Assembly (NCBI GenBank): GCA_964247055.1
Contig: OZ176051.1
Location: 5,642,001-5,706,000, forward strand
Reading direction: 5' to 3'
DNA length: 64,000 nucleotides
Origin: Paragordius varius
Taxonomy: Eukaryota > Animalia > Nematomorpha
The translations under genes were made by a program, and so were the position numbers. Of the stretch, positions 38,101-50,600 are shown one piece after another (positions within the stretch are counted from its first letter, which is position 1; each line of letters begins with the position of its first letter). The notes beneath the pieces were generated by a model. It was given only the letters and a program-made list of their open reading frames with translations. It had not been told where the DNA came from and did no database searches.

Positions 38101-39637
38101 ATTTAAGGTATTAAGCCGAATTTAAAAATATGCTTTCTTTGGCCCTTTAGGCGTAGACAAAAAATCTTTTAAAAAATGTAAAATTGTAACGAAAATCATT
38201 AAACTTTTTTGCCGCCATTTTTTTCTGAATCGCTAATCCAGCTGCTAAATAAATGTCTATTATGGTTGTTAAATCTAAATAATTTACTTTTAAACTTTTA
38301 ACCTACATTTACCAGCAAAAACTTAATATTTTGATTTTTATCAGCCGTTTTGGAGCCAATTTTAGACTCTACAAGTCACAAAACTGTAAAAAATAGGATT
38401 TATACATGAAAACAATGTTTGATAATTAAATTTTAACTAAAATATCTTTCAAAACTGAGTTTATTACAAAATCAAGCTCTGGGAAATAATACTACCCCAA
38501 AAAGAAAAAGTGAAAAGGTGTTAATATAAATCAACACACATTAAAATACAGCCTTTATTTGGTTAAATATTTATTATCAGCTGTGTCAAGTTATGGAAGG
38601 CTTTTATAATAAAAAAAGGCATACACAAGTGATGAAAATTAATATTCGCTTTTACAATATGGTATTACCAATTTCAAAAGCAAATTTGATTATTTTACTT
38701 TTTAGCATCTAAATCTATAATAAAAATACTTTCACATCGTTTTCTTGGGTTTAACAATTTAAAATATGGCAACTTAAAATATAATTTACATGAAGCATTC
38801 AAAGCAGTTATACTCGTACACTACCTCGCAATAAGAACTCTATCTATAGCATCTTCAGTTCAAGTTTAGTTTTACCATATTTTTATACTCATCCACCGCT
38901 TTAAGGGCACCGTTTTCCCCTTTCCCGCCAAATATGTTCAACAATCTTTTTATTGATATGGTTACCATTTCTTCTTTCTATTTATTCAAGCCATTACCTA
39001 AGCAATGTTAAAATATTAATTGATTATTAGTAAACTTTTAAACCAAAGGCACTATGAAATGATGAGATAAAATTTTGGAAAGATTTTTTTACAATGTGCT
39101 CAATAAACATTTGGTTCTTTTTCCTTTTATATATGTTTTTGTTTAAAAACACATACCATTTACTCTTGTTTAGTCTGTAAACTGTTACATCATTATAATT
39201 AGTTAATTCTATAATTCATAATTTATTTAAAGCTTTTTTCTCATTAATTTAATTAGTAAATAAAAAATTATAATCTAGGTAGTAGTTCCCTAAGATGGGC
39301 TGCCACCAACAATAATGGCATGTCTACCTTCGAAAAATCATCGCACACTCACGATATGGCGTCTACCCTGCAATGTACTAATCGTTTTGATATAGAGTTT
39401 CGACCTTCACTGGGACTAAATGAGGCGTATGTGGTCTCGCCATATCATAGTCGAACACAAACTGTCAGGAATAATCATAATTTTGCCATGGAAAACAGTA
39501 TAACAGAGAATTCTATATATTCCTATTTACCAGCATCCTTTAAAAATATCAATAATAATAATAATACTAATGTTCAGCATCGCCATGTCAATTCTTTTCC
39601 TAAACACGATGATTCAAATTCCGGTGAACATATTTAA
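35174..39637 (+). CDS. Divergent LHFPL/TMHS-family tetraspan membrane protein, ~687 aa, 3 exons
   Basis: Exons 35174-36623, 37427-37681, 39279-39637 (2064 nt; both introns phase 1). Four hydrophobic segments: IAVLWLHLSLICLICRFGLVML; TIMIQTVLIICLIIFLLLYCF; LKLYAALYITIGIANLISIVLYP; YYFTILLTLMELTLGTCLAVLS. Loop 1 carries GPLGFC...C. Loop 2 reads YP..........C...........C...GYY, like the LHFPL pattern YPxGW..C..C..xWAY. An upstream exon cannot be excluded because a TAG acceptor lies 3 nt before the ATG. Confidence 0.65.
38052..38524 (+). mobile_element. MITE-like family, copy D
   Basis: TTTTGGGTTGTTTTATATCCCAG ... AATATGCTTTCTTTGGCCCTTTAGGCG ... ACTACCCCAAAA, ending AAGGTGTTAA at 38524. Confidence 0.6.
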
Positions 39638-41613
39638 TTGCTATGCCTGCAAAGAATGGCATGTAAATTTAAAAAAAACAACGTTGGAAACCTATAAAGA
39701 TACATACATATTTTAATTATTAAATAAGTTTCCTGATTATTTATTATATATAAATATTAATAAACGTCTTTGGGGATAGATATTCAATCGACATTTTGAT
39801 ATAAATGGTTTCTAAATAACACATGATAAAAATAAATAGCTAAGATAGGGCTGAAACCGTTACCATAGGTCGTAAAACTATTTTTCAAGTGATATTAGTA
39901 AATATTTATTTTTTGACTGATAGTTGCGAAGTAAATTTTATAATATGTTCACCAATAGTTTTCAATAGTGTTACCGGTACATCGAGGTTCAGGCCTCTTA
40001 ATATGTTGTGCCGCACAGAATCGCGACTTACTAAATTAACGTGAGTTTGTTAATTTTTTTATTGACAAATTTTGGCTTTATGGCAGCACGGTGTGGATTA
40101 TCATTCTTTGTAAGAGACTATAAATATTTATAAATTGTTTTGATAATTTATGTAAATACTACCAATCAATTAAAGCTTGTTGGAAATTATGGTTGATTTG
40201 GAATTGGATAATGTGGAAATTCAGTGTTTCCAGGGTATGACCTAAAAAAATCTAGATTTAAAGTAATCTCTTGCTGTCCTTCCGAACATCAATGAATGAT
40301 GCGACAACGATAACCGTTTAGAGTTGTTACGGATTTGGATTGACTTTGGGCAATATTTAATTTTATACCCTTCTAAAATAGGATGTTTTCTAGTAAAAGT
40401 AAAAATGCCGATATTCCTTAAATTTTAAATATATGCTAAATTTTGACATGAAGCTTTTTTCCAAGAAAAAGCAAAAAATAAAAAAACATTGGGATTAAAA
40501 TTAGTGCCCCTTCAAAATCCACGCCTTCCTGACGTTTCTGATGCCAAATTGTTATTTAAAATTTTACCATTGTAAAACAGGTAGGGCCCTTAAAATTAAA
40601 TATTATCATTCAAATTTTTATTTATTTTTTTTGAACGAAAACATGGAATACGATATTATTTGTAGCCATTTTAAAAAAATGACACAATTATCTAGTATAG
40701 AACACATTAAATTTGGGTATTTCTTTCAAATAATCAATATAGTATAAAAGTTATTTTAGAGTTTGGAGACTTTTTAATATTAAACTGATAAATCTCCCAA
40801 ATTCAATTAAAGATTTTTATAAACATTACTGAATTGTAAATAACACGGAAAGATTTTTTCTTGGAGACTATTTACTGAAGATGCCAAAACAATTTATAAT
40901 ATGAATTATAGTCATACCAAAATTATAAAAACACACATACATGCAAATAAAAAACAAAATTTATTGTATTGATCAAATGCCTCCATAAAACTATGTGTTA
41001 AATGCGTATAAGTAAATAAATCTAATAAATTACAAATGATAAAACGTGATATAGATAATAGGTGAGAAAATATATTTGTGGATAAATTGTGAATAATACG
41101 ATGATAAATACAACCATGTGTGAAAGGTAAAATTATTAAAAATAAACAGGCATATCCGGAAAATATGGCAGAAACGATGCATTTTGATAATAAATGCTTT
41201 GGTTCTCTTTGAATTCACTTCTAACATCAAAACTATTATTTTTGTGAAAATAGTTTTGGTCTAATGCTTTATTTGTTTGTGGACTGACAAACGTTGAAAG
41301 TGATTGGCCATTCTGGCTGCCAGCAAACTCTAAAGGATTCAGTGCAGAATTGGAAAGAAATGGGTTCAAACTATTGTTAGGTATGTTGACATATAATGGC
41401 TGCTGATGCTAAGATGTAAAAAAATATGACAGATTTATTTTAAAAAAAATTGTCATAACTTAATAAAAAAAGTATTATGTTGGAACAACTCATAAAAAAT
41501 ATTTAGATATCAAGTTTTAAAAATATTTATCATAAAGCCTCCTAAATACCGAATAGTTTATGATTGCTCGATGATTCCAGTTAATAAACACATATCAATT
41601 TACTTTTTCGTGT

Positions 41614-44600
41614 TTAGTGTAGGGGATATATTTTAACACGCGGAATCATGGAATGAAATTTACAGCAATGATGAATTTGAATGGTTTTGCTTTGATTATT
41701 TTTATGTAATGTATGACAACCCGGATACGTTTCATTTTCGATTTTAACCCGTTTCTCAGACCTTTTAATACTACTCCCTCCTTTGTTAGTTGAATGTTGT
41801 CGATTTAAAGACGGAATTTTTGAAAATATAGATTGGCCTACAAAGTTACTATAAATGTGGGTATCATCTTCACAATCCTTTTTCATATTGCTATAACCAA
41901 AATATTAATTGTACTACCGACAAAACCGAAAATATTTTAAAACACAAATGAAACAACATCTCATACGCACGGACTACAAATGTGTACAAAAGCTTAATAT
42001 TATACAGAAAAGTGAGCTATTATAGGCCATTTAGGTATTACGAATGGCTAAAATGGAAAATTTACATCTATGTTTTCATGTATGAGATTTTCCATTTTAT
42101 TAGGTACATATTTAATGGATATTGTATTTTCACTCCACAAAAATGAAACAAATAAAAATGAAAATTCTCATACATGGCAGACGTGTAAATTAACTCCCCT
42201 TTTATAAATAGCTTTTGATACTCTATATATCAAATATCGTTAACATGCAAAACTACGAACAATAACGAAACAATAGCAATTATATTTCATACCTAACGAT
42301 ATTGGGTGATGTAACATATGTTACGGAGATGGGCTAAATATAATACGTATATCCTTTAAATAAATTTTTACGTAAAATATCTTACATATATATTACATTT
42401 AATATTAAATACCTCTCTTAGGTTTTCAGGCTTGGTTTCTTTCGTTACAATATCACCAACGTCTAAAATGTTTTTAGGTGTTGGGTGTGAGGGCCGTGGC
42501 CTCATAACTATATTATTATTTTCATCAATGTCAAGAAGTAAATCTTTTGCATGAGATGTAATAATGTGTCCATTTTGCTGTTTTTTAGTCTTTGTTTCAT
42601 TACTGTCCTGGTAACAAAAATCGGTATAAATTTCATGTTGAGATAATGGGAGAGAAGAGGTGGCCAGAATTTCTTTTGTTGATTTGGAATAGGATAAATA
42701 TGACATTGTTGATGAGATATTTTGATTTTGATGAGTACATGTTTGAGATTTATTATTGTCACATCCCTCTCCACTTTGTTGATACTCGATAGCTTTGGTT
42801 TCAGACACAACATAGGGTTTAAATGGTCGTGGAATGATACCCGTTTCCTTGTATATACCAACCACCAAATTTTGACCGCTAATATCTGACGAAGGAGAAT
42901 CTAATTGAGTTACCATATAACCGTTTGAATAGAAACTATTTGGTGAAAGTATAACACCTGTGGATAATTGATTGTTTTTTGCCAAACCAATTTCTTGACG
43001 GTGTAGATTCAAATAATTTATCGTGTTTGGTGTTAAGTTATTGGGTGTAGGTATAATATTTACCTTGTCGTGTTTGATGCCGCCATTGCTATGTAAATAT
43101 CTACCATCATCAGCTATGTAACCATTAATTCCATTCAAATTTTTTGTATACGGATCGTTGTTAGAATAACCATGAGTAGTATGTATATCAACATAATTAG
43201 TAGCTGAAGCCATTGTATAAACAGCAGGATTGGTCCCTAAACCGTTGGTATACGCTGAAGGTAGCGTATTTAAAGAAACACTATGGGTATTGTTGGCATA
43301 ATTGAATGGGGATCGAACATTTAGTACTCCGGCGGAATTCAATGAGGAATTAAGAGATCGTCTTCTTCTAATAGTGTTGAAATATTTGTCACGTATTCGA
43401 TTTCTACTGTGGCACCAATTGCTATAATTTTATTAGCACATGGGAAATTAGTGAATATGGAATTGTACATTATTTGTAGCAAATTACAAGCTATGTTAAG
43501 TTTAATCAGAGATTTAAAAAAAATCGTATGGTTTGATATTATAATTAAAACTATATTTTTTCAAGGTGATATGATTTTTATATAGCGATTTAAAATGCGC
43601 GGTATTTATATAAATATATACGCACCACTAACTACCTCTATATAAAATACCAATTTTTAAAAAATCGTTGTTGTGCCTCCTTTTTGATATAATTAATAAA
43701 ATATGCATATTATTATCTCTTATTTTAAATGTGAAAGCTTTTTAGACTGGATCATTTTTTTGTCGCTAAAAATGCAACATAACTCTTATTTTTTGGATGT
43801 TTAAAAATGTTAGTATACGTTAATAATTTTATTTTTCACAAAAATTATTTTTAAACATAATGTGACATATTAAACATTAAAATTAATGTCATCATAAAAA
43901 TTCATTAAAAAATAGTTGTTTAGATAAAAATATATAAAATGAATTCAAAGTTTTAATATCTCAACTACTCAATATTAAAAGCTGGAACAATAGTCATTGT
44001 TGATTTATTTTTGAAATAAAAACTAAAATCTTATACATTTTTTAATTAACATCGAGAAGAACTTCTTATATATCCTTTTTTCTAACCACTTTAAGCTGTG
44101 AATTTTGATCACAAGTTATGTTTTTGGATGAATGAGATTGCGTCAAAACGGTTTTTTTCTGACCTAAACTGTAAACCGTTTTTATTTTGTCCTTCTCAAA
44201 CTTTGGGCTAATGTTCCATATGTAATTCCAGGAATATAGCCATTTTTGATCGGGATTCGATTTTCTAAATGAGGGGCACATATAATTTTTGTTTATAAAA
44301 TATCCTCAACTTTGATTAGTCGAATGATTGGGTTAATTGCATTTTAGGCGGGATGTGGTTATTAGTAAGTTAGTATGCTACAACTCTTTTGGTAAATTTA
44401 AACTGGAAACTGTGTCGTCTTTCTAGCATTGAAGCGCAGTTATGTTTTTTGAGTGATATAGTAAGTAGGATTAGATATTTGTTAGTTATAGCGGTTATTA
44501 GTAATACATTTCAAATAAGCAAAAATATAATAAAATAAAGTGTATATTACTTTTTGGCAATGAGAATGGCGAGCACAAAAATAAAAACTAAGGAAAATCC

Positions 44601-47600
44601 CAGCAGGGCACCCAAAACGATCAAATAATTTTCACGTTTGAACCAGAATGGTGTTATTTTTGTTATGGTAGCTGTTTGACCAGGTATTGTCGCATTACTA
44701 GATAACTAAAAAACATACAACATGCATAAGGCATAAACCATAAAAATAAATGGTCACATTTAGAAAACTGGCTAATATAGATAATATGATTGCTTTTACT
44801 TAAGTAGTCAGTATGTAAGGTTAAATTTAAAAATAATTATGTTATAAAATCGAGAATAGTTTTATGGGTTAGTTAATGAAACAGTAATCTACTGCTAAAT
44901 GCCACCAAATTTTTTCTATTTTGATTTGGCATTTAAACTAGTATACTTTTTAGGCCAATAATAAACTTTATTAAAGCTTAGTTTCATAAAATCCAAAACA
45001 AAACCCAAAAATTTAATACAAGCTGCAAGATAATAATCAATACTGTTATGGGTAACGCAATGAAACTATATCAAAAGCTTTATATAAATATTTTAACTAA
45101 AATTATTTTGAAGCTTACATTTATTATAACTTGGGCCGTAGCGGTTCGAGGCATTTTGCCAGAATCCGTGGCAATCACGGTTAGTTCATAGGTATTTAGC
45201 GGCAGTTGATTGGGTTCATACATAAATATGGCTCCATGTTTATTTATGCTAAAATATCTAAAAATACATCAATTATGTATGTCTCTATTTTCTTTTTTCT
45301 CATATGTATAAGGACTTTAATTGTAATAAGGCTTCTTTAAAGCTTTAACACTCGTCTGCCTAGGGCGACTGTAATGATGGAAAAATTGTACAGTTTCAGG
45401 TTTTATACCCTGTGAGGAAATTGTTAAATTTGTGGGTTTTTTACAAAAAAATCTGTTCCAAAAATATCTTTTTAAAGAGTACCATATTATTAAAATAATA
45501 GATTATCTTTATGACCATTTAAAATAAATGCGAAAAACTTACTTTGAACCCGTTAGCTTAAGACTTATATTATCGTTGTCTTTATCACTGACCTATTAAT
45601 GATAAGAAGGATTATATCTTCTAGTCAATCAAACTTAAAATGCTATAAAAAAATATTTAGAACATTTATAACTTCTATTTGGCCAACAAACGTTCCATCT
45701 ACACGATCGGCTGTAAAGATATAGGAATCAGAATTGAATATTGGAGCGTTGTCATTCACATTCAAGACATGGATAATTATGTACATTACGTCAGTCTAAA
45801 AATAGGATGCATATATATTTTATCATTTAATCCTTTACGGGGGGATTTAGATCGGAATTAGCTTTTTCGGTATCATTTTAGAAACAAAAAGATATGCGAA
45901 AACGGTTACAAAGCCATTTAAACCAAAACGATGGTTTCAGACAGTTTCGTAAAAAAATTTATATATAATAGTATATTGCACAGTGTTAGATGGTAAATGT
46001 TATCCACTTTTTCAAATCAAGGCAGAGTTTTTTAAAATTAGTATTCTTATAAATTAATATTTTAGGCATTTTTTAACATTGTATCGAAATAATATTATGG
46101 ATATAGATAAAATGAGACTTTGGAAAAAAAGCTTATTACAATATTCCAAAACTTTTTCCTGGTTTTTAAATATATTTCATATATAAAGTATAATTAAATT
46201 AATAAGTGCTTTTACTTTATTTGCGTTTGTATATGAAACATCTGATTGCAAATGGTAGGCTGGTATATATTCATAATCCAAAAAATCAGTTAGAATAAGG
46301 TCACCCCTATAATACCGAAAAATACATGAAATAATAAGGTCCCCTATGATTATAAATGCACAATCCATACCTCAATAAGAAAAAATTAAATATCAATTAT
46401 GATTCAATTAATCAACGTGTAAACCAATTATCACGCAAATTTTTATTATAACAGTTTTTGAATAAGGCATTTTAACAAATTCAAGAAACCGATAACCCTA
46501 AAATTTGATATAAACCTCGTGGTTAGATTAAACGGTATATAGGGTGGTGTATCAGGATTCGTTTTCTGTAAATTCGAAGCGTCCCTGATCGTGACATTGG
46601 TATATTTTAAGTTGGCAAACGTCAGAGGATAAAATGAGCTTAGACGTGACCCCAAATTCGCTATAAGCATTCCGGGTAAACTATCTTCATTGACTTTTAA
46701 CTCAACTGGATATGCCGGGCCCAATTCCAATGGCGCAATAATGTTTTCGAATGATTTAGAGCTTGATTTGGCATATAAAGGCCGCCGAATTTTAAGCGTT
46801 GTGGTTGAATAACGATCCAGATTATCTGATTGAGTTGCCTTAACGGATAAGTCATAAAAAATGTTTTTTGGAATATTCATAGGTTATTTAGTTTTTTTTC
46901 TTTAAGTTAATTAATTTTTAAAAGGTCATTAAATAGTCTACTCACTTTGACAACAATCATGAAATCTTGATCTTGGGGTGGCAAATTATTAAGATAAATT
47001 TTTCCGGTCGCAGGATGTATTATGAAGTAGCCATCGTCTAAAAATATATAATTAGGAATTAATTAAAAATAGAGCATATAATATAAAAAGTGTTGTCTGT
47101 TGAGAAATTATTAGCAACGAGCTATATTAATTCATTTATAACATTAGATTTTAATATTTAAACCTGTAGTTATATTGTCGACCGAATTTTCAAAATTATA
47201 GAATATATCGGCTTTAAGTCCTTCATCTTGATCGTAGGCCGCGATATTATCGGGTTCGATTTTTAATTCATTTTTCTGTGAAAAAAAAACAATTTTAAAG
47301 ATAGATTGAGGTTTATAAATGTTAAATCCTAATATAATATATTTTAAAACGAATCGAGATATACCAATGTATAATTTTCAGGGATAATAGCCCAATAGTT
47401 GGAATGAAAAAAAACCGGGTTTTTATCATCACCGTCTAGTACTGTAATTCGGATAAGTGTTGAATTCTTAAGACTTGGTTCACCGGTGTCCTAAGAAAAT
47501 TTATTAATTGATAAAAATAAGTTAATTGGTATTTAGAATTAAATGTTAATTCTGTTTTTAGCAAATATATTAACCTGAGCAATGAGATTGGCATATACGG

Positions 47601-50600
47601 TATGAATTGTCTCATAATCCAATGCTTTATTTAATATCACAATGGGTACACTGGGGTCAGGTATGGAAAAATATTCCTACATATGCCAAATAAATAAATC
47701 ACAAATCATAAAATTTGAATGGTTTTTATTAAAAATAACTCAAATTGATGGATAAATATTGAATAGTTATGGCAATAAAGTCCGTTTTTAAGAATTTATA
47801 TCTCCGCAAATTAAATGGATATACCATTCATTTACTAAAAAATGACTTTAAATCAGTGATACTCAAACCGCGGCCCGCGGGCCGCATGCGGCCCTTAGAG
47901 TCCTTTGAAATTGCCCTATGACCATATTGACACTAAAACTATTTTTTTTATTGATGGATTTTTAAAATACACATAATCGGATTTTCGTTTATTTCAATAT
48001 TAATTTATTTTATTTAGATTTAATGGTAATTTTTATTTTTACCCAATTTGAAATGTGGAAATATTTCCCTATATTAAGATGTTTTCAAAATTTTGGCACG
48101 CGTTGTTTTTGTTTTTGCATTCTATTTTCTTTCTTATTTTTAAATTATTGCATTCCTTTTTGTATTTAAGCAAGTCTTTCACCCAAACTTGCATATACAT
48201 ATTCTTTTCATTGCTATCCTGCATCATTTTTTAAAACACACTTCCATAAAATATTTTTCAAATCAACATCATCTAATTTCGACCTATTTTTTATAGCATA
48301 ATACAAATTATATTTCTTATTTTGAAAAAAATAATATTTTAACATAAATTCAAGGGATGACATCTCATGCTGAAAAACGTAAATTATCCGATGAAAATCA
48401 CTCCTTTAAAAAAAAATGGGAGAATACTTTGTCGTTCCAAATAAAAATGGTGTTACCAGCCAGGACAACCTAATTATAAAAATACAACATTGAAACACAT
48501 ATTACAATCCATTCTCAATTACCAAAAAATTATGAGGAAAAAAACGAAAAATATAAAAGGATTAAGGAACTATACCAGAAAGAAAAATCTATTATGTCCA
48601 TAGCTTTCGCCTAGGAAAAAGGTGTAACATTAGCTTCTTATAAAATTTGCTATATTTTAGGAAATACATGAAACCGTTTACTGATTCCCAACTAATAAAA
48701 GAATGTCTAATAAATGGTTGCACTTTTTTGATATCCATAATAAAGATCAAATCACGAGGCAAATTAAAAAACTTCAACTTTCTGATTCAACATGTGCTCG
48801 ACGCATTGAAAATATGTCTAATTATATTTTTAACAATACATTATTGGTGAAAAACTGCAACAAATATTTTAGTATTGCTATTGATTCTGGCACTGATATT
48901 TTTTCGACTAAATGTGCGCTCTTTGTGAGATTTTGCAACGACATAATCAACGAGGATTATTTAAAATTTTAACCAATGAATAATACCACGAAAGAAAGTG
49001 ATTTTGTCGAAATAATTAGCCTTTTTTCGATAATAATGGTATATCTATGAAAAAATTGGTTTCGATCTGCACAGATGACTGTCCCTCTATGATTGGAATA
49101 ACTAAAAATTTATTCCACTTTTGATAAACAATAATTTGCAAAATATATTATCCTTTCACTGCTTTATTCATCAGAAAAACTTGGTTCCAGGTATACAAGA
49201 TGAATCACTCAATTTAATTAAAACGGTTGTGTTAACCACATTCGTATAGAATTCAACCGCCGTAAATTCAACCTTCTGAAAGAATCCACAGTGAGTTTAA
49301 TGATATTCTTTTGTACACCGTTGTGAGATGGTTAAGCCTTAGCAAAGTATTAAATAGAATTTTTGTATGAAAACACGAAATTCTCTTATTTATAAAAGAT
49401 AACAGAAGTTTGACAGGGAGATTAATAGTGACAAATGGTGGGTTTTATTAGCCTACCTTTGCAACATTACTTATAAACAGAGTATTTTTAAAGCATAATC
49501 AGATATTTGCCTTTGAAGAAAAATTAATAATATATAAACAAGATTTTACAAATTAAACCCTATATTTTCCAAAACTTATAACAATTCAGGAAGAAATGGA
49601 ATTTACTGCTTAATTTAATAACAGACAATCATTTAACATTGTTATCTAATGAGATGAAATTTAGATTTCAAGAAATAAGAAATATTGCTTAAAACTCGTT
49701 ATCCATGGCATATGGATATATCTATTATCAAGCAACTTGAGCATTTCGGTTTTGATCAGGCGCATATCATTGAAGAATTCATAAATTTTAATGAATGATT
49801 CCAACTATATTCAAGGCGTAGAGAAAAAATATATGTAGAGTTTTGGCAATATGTGCCAAATAAATATGAAAATAGAAAAAAATGTGTTCAAGTTATAATA
49901 ACTCTTTTTCCCTTAACTTACACGTGTGAGATGTCATATCCAAAAATAAAATATGTCAAGAATACACACAAACCGCTTAACCAATAATCATATGGACGAC
50001 GTATTAAGACTGGCCTGTCATGAAATGAAACCAAATCTGTCAAAAAATATTGGTTAATATCGAAATAAAAATTGTTATCAAAATATTTTAATTTTTTAAA
50101 CCAAATGGTAAACCAGTTTTTAGCTGGATTTACATGCGATCCGCAAAAAATTTGCTGATTTGAGTATAAATATGTGCATGTATGTCAAATAGCTCTGTAT
50201 TTTCCATTATAAGGTTCATGGCCCTCGAGAAAAAAATGTATTTTATTTGGCCCGTCAAATTTTTTTGGTGAGTACCACTGCTTTAAATTATGAAATAAAA
50301 TGTATTTATTAAATGATGTTCTATAATTTTTGTTTGTTATTTAATCATCGTCCAAAATCGCAAACTTACACAGAGAAGAAAAATATTAGATGAAACTAGA
50401 AATTATAATAGTATTTATATTGTCTTTATTAAATACAAATATTTATTGTAATTTTTTTAGAAAGATATAATAAATCAATGAATAAAAGACCATTTTAAGG
50501 ATATTATACCGAATATGGGCCATCTTCTATGGTAAAATAAAGTTGAGAATTGAAGGCATCAAAATCTTTATCATGAGCTTGGATGTTTTGAAAGATGGTT

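Noticed and set aside
39950-40900. Short minus-strand frames that might be further cadherin tail exons
   Set aside because: No unique phase-consistent chain could be built and there is no homology to guide it.
44066-44281. 71-aa ORF with a phase-compatible acceptor after the cadherin TM exon
   Set aside because: The exon at 43406 gives a much better basic juxtamembrane segment and a long open frame. This one has no supporting motif, though an alternative exon is not excluded.
46839-46880. Intron end reading YDLSVK in frame with ATQSDN, mimicking a cadherin strand
   Set aside because: No in-frame upstream acceptor, and a stop precedes it. The real upstream exon (47037-46946) already supplies FMIVVK.
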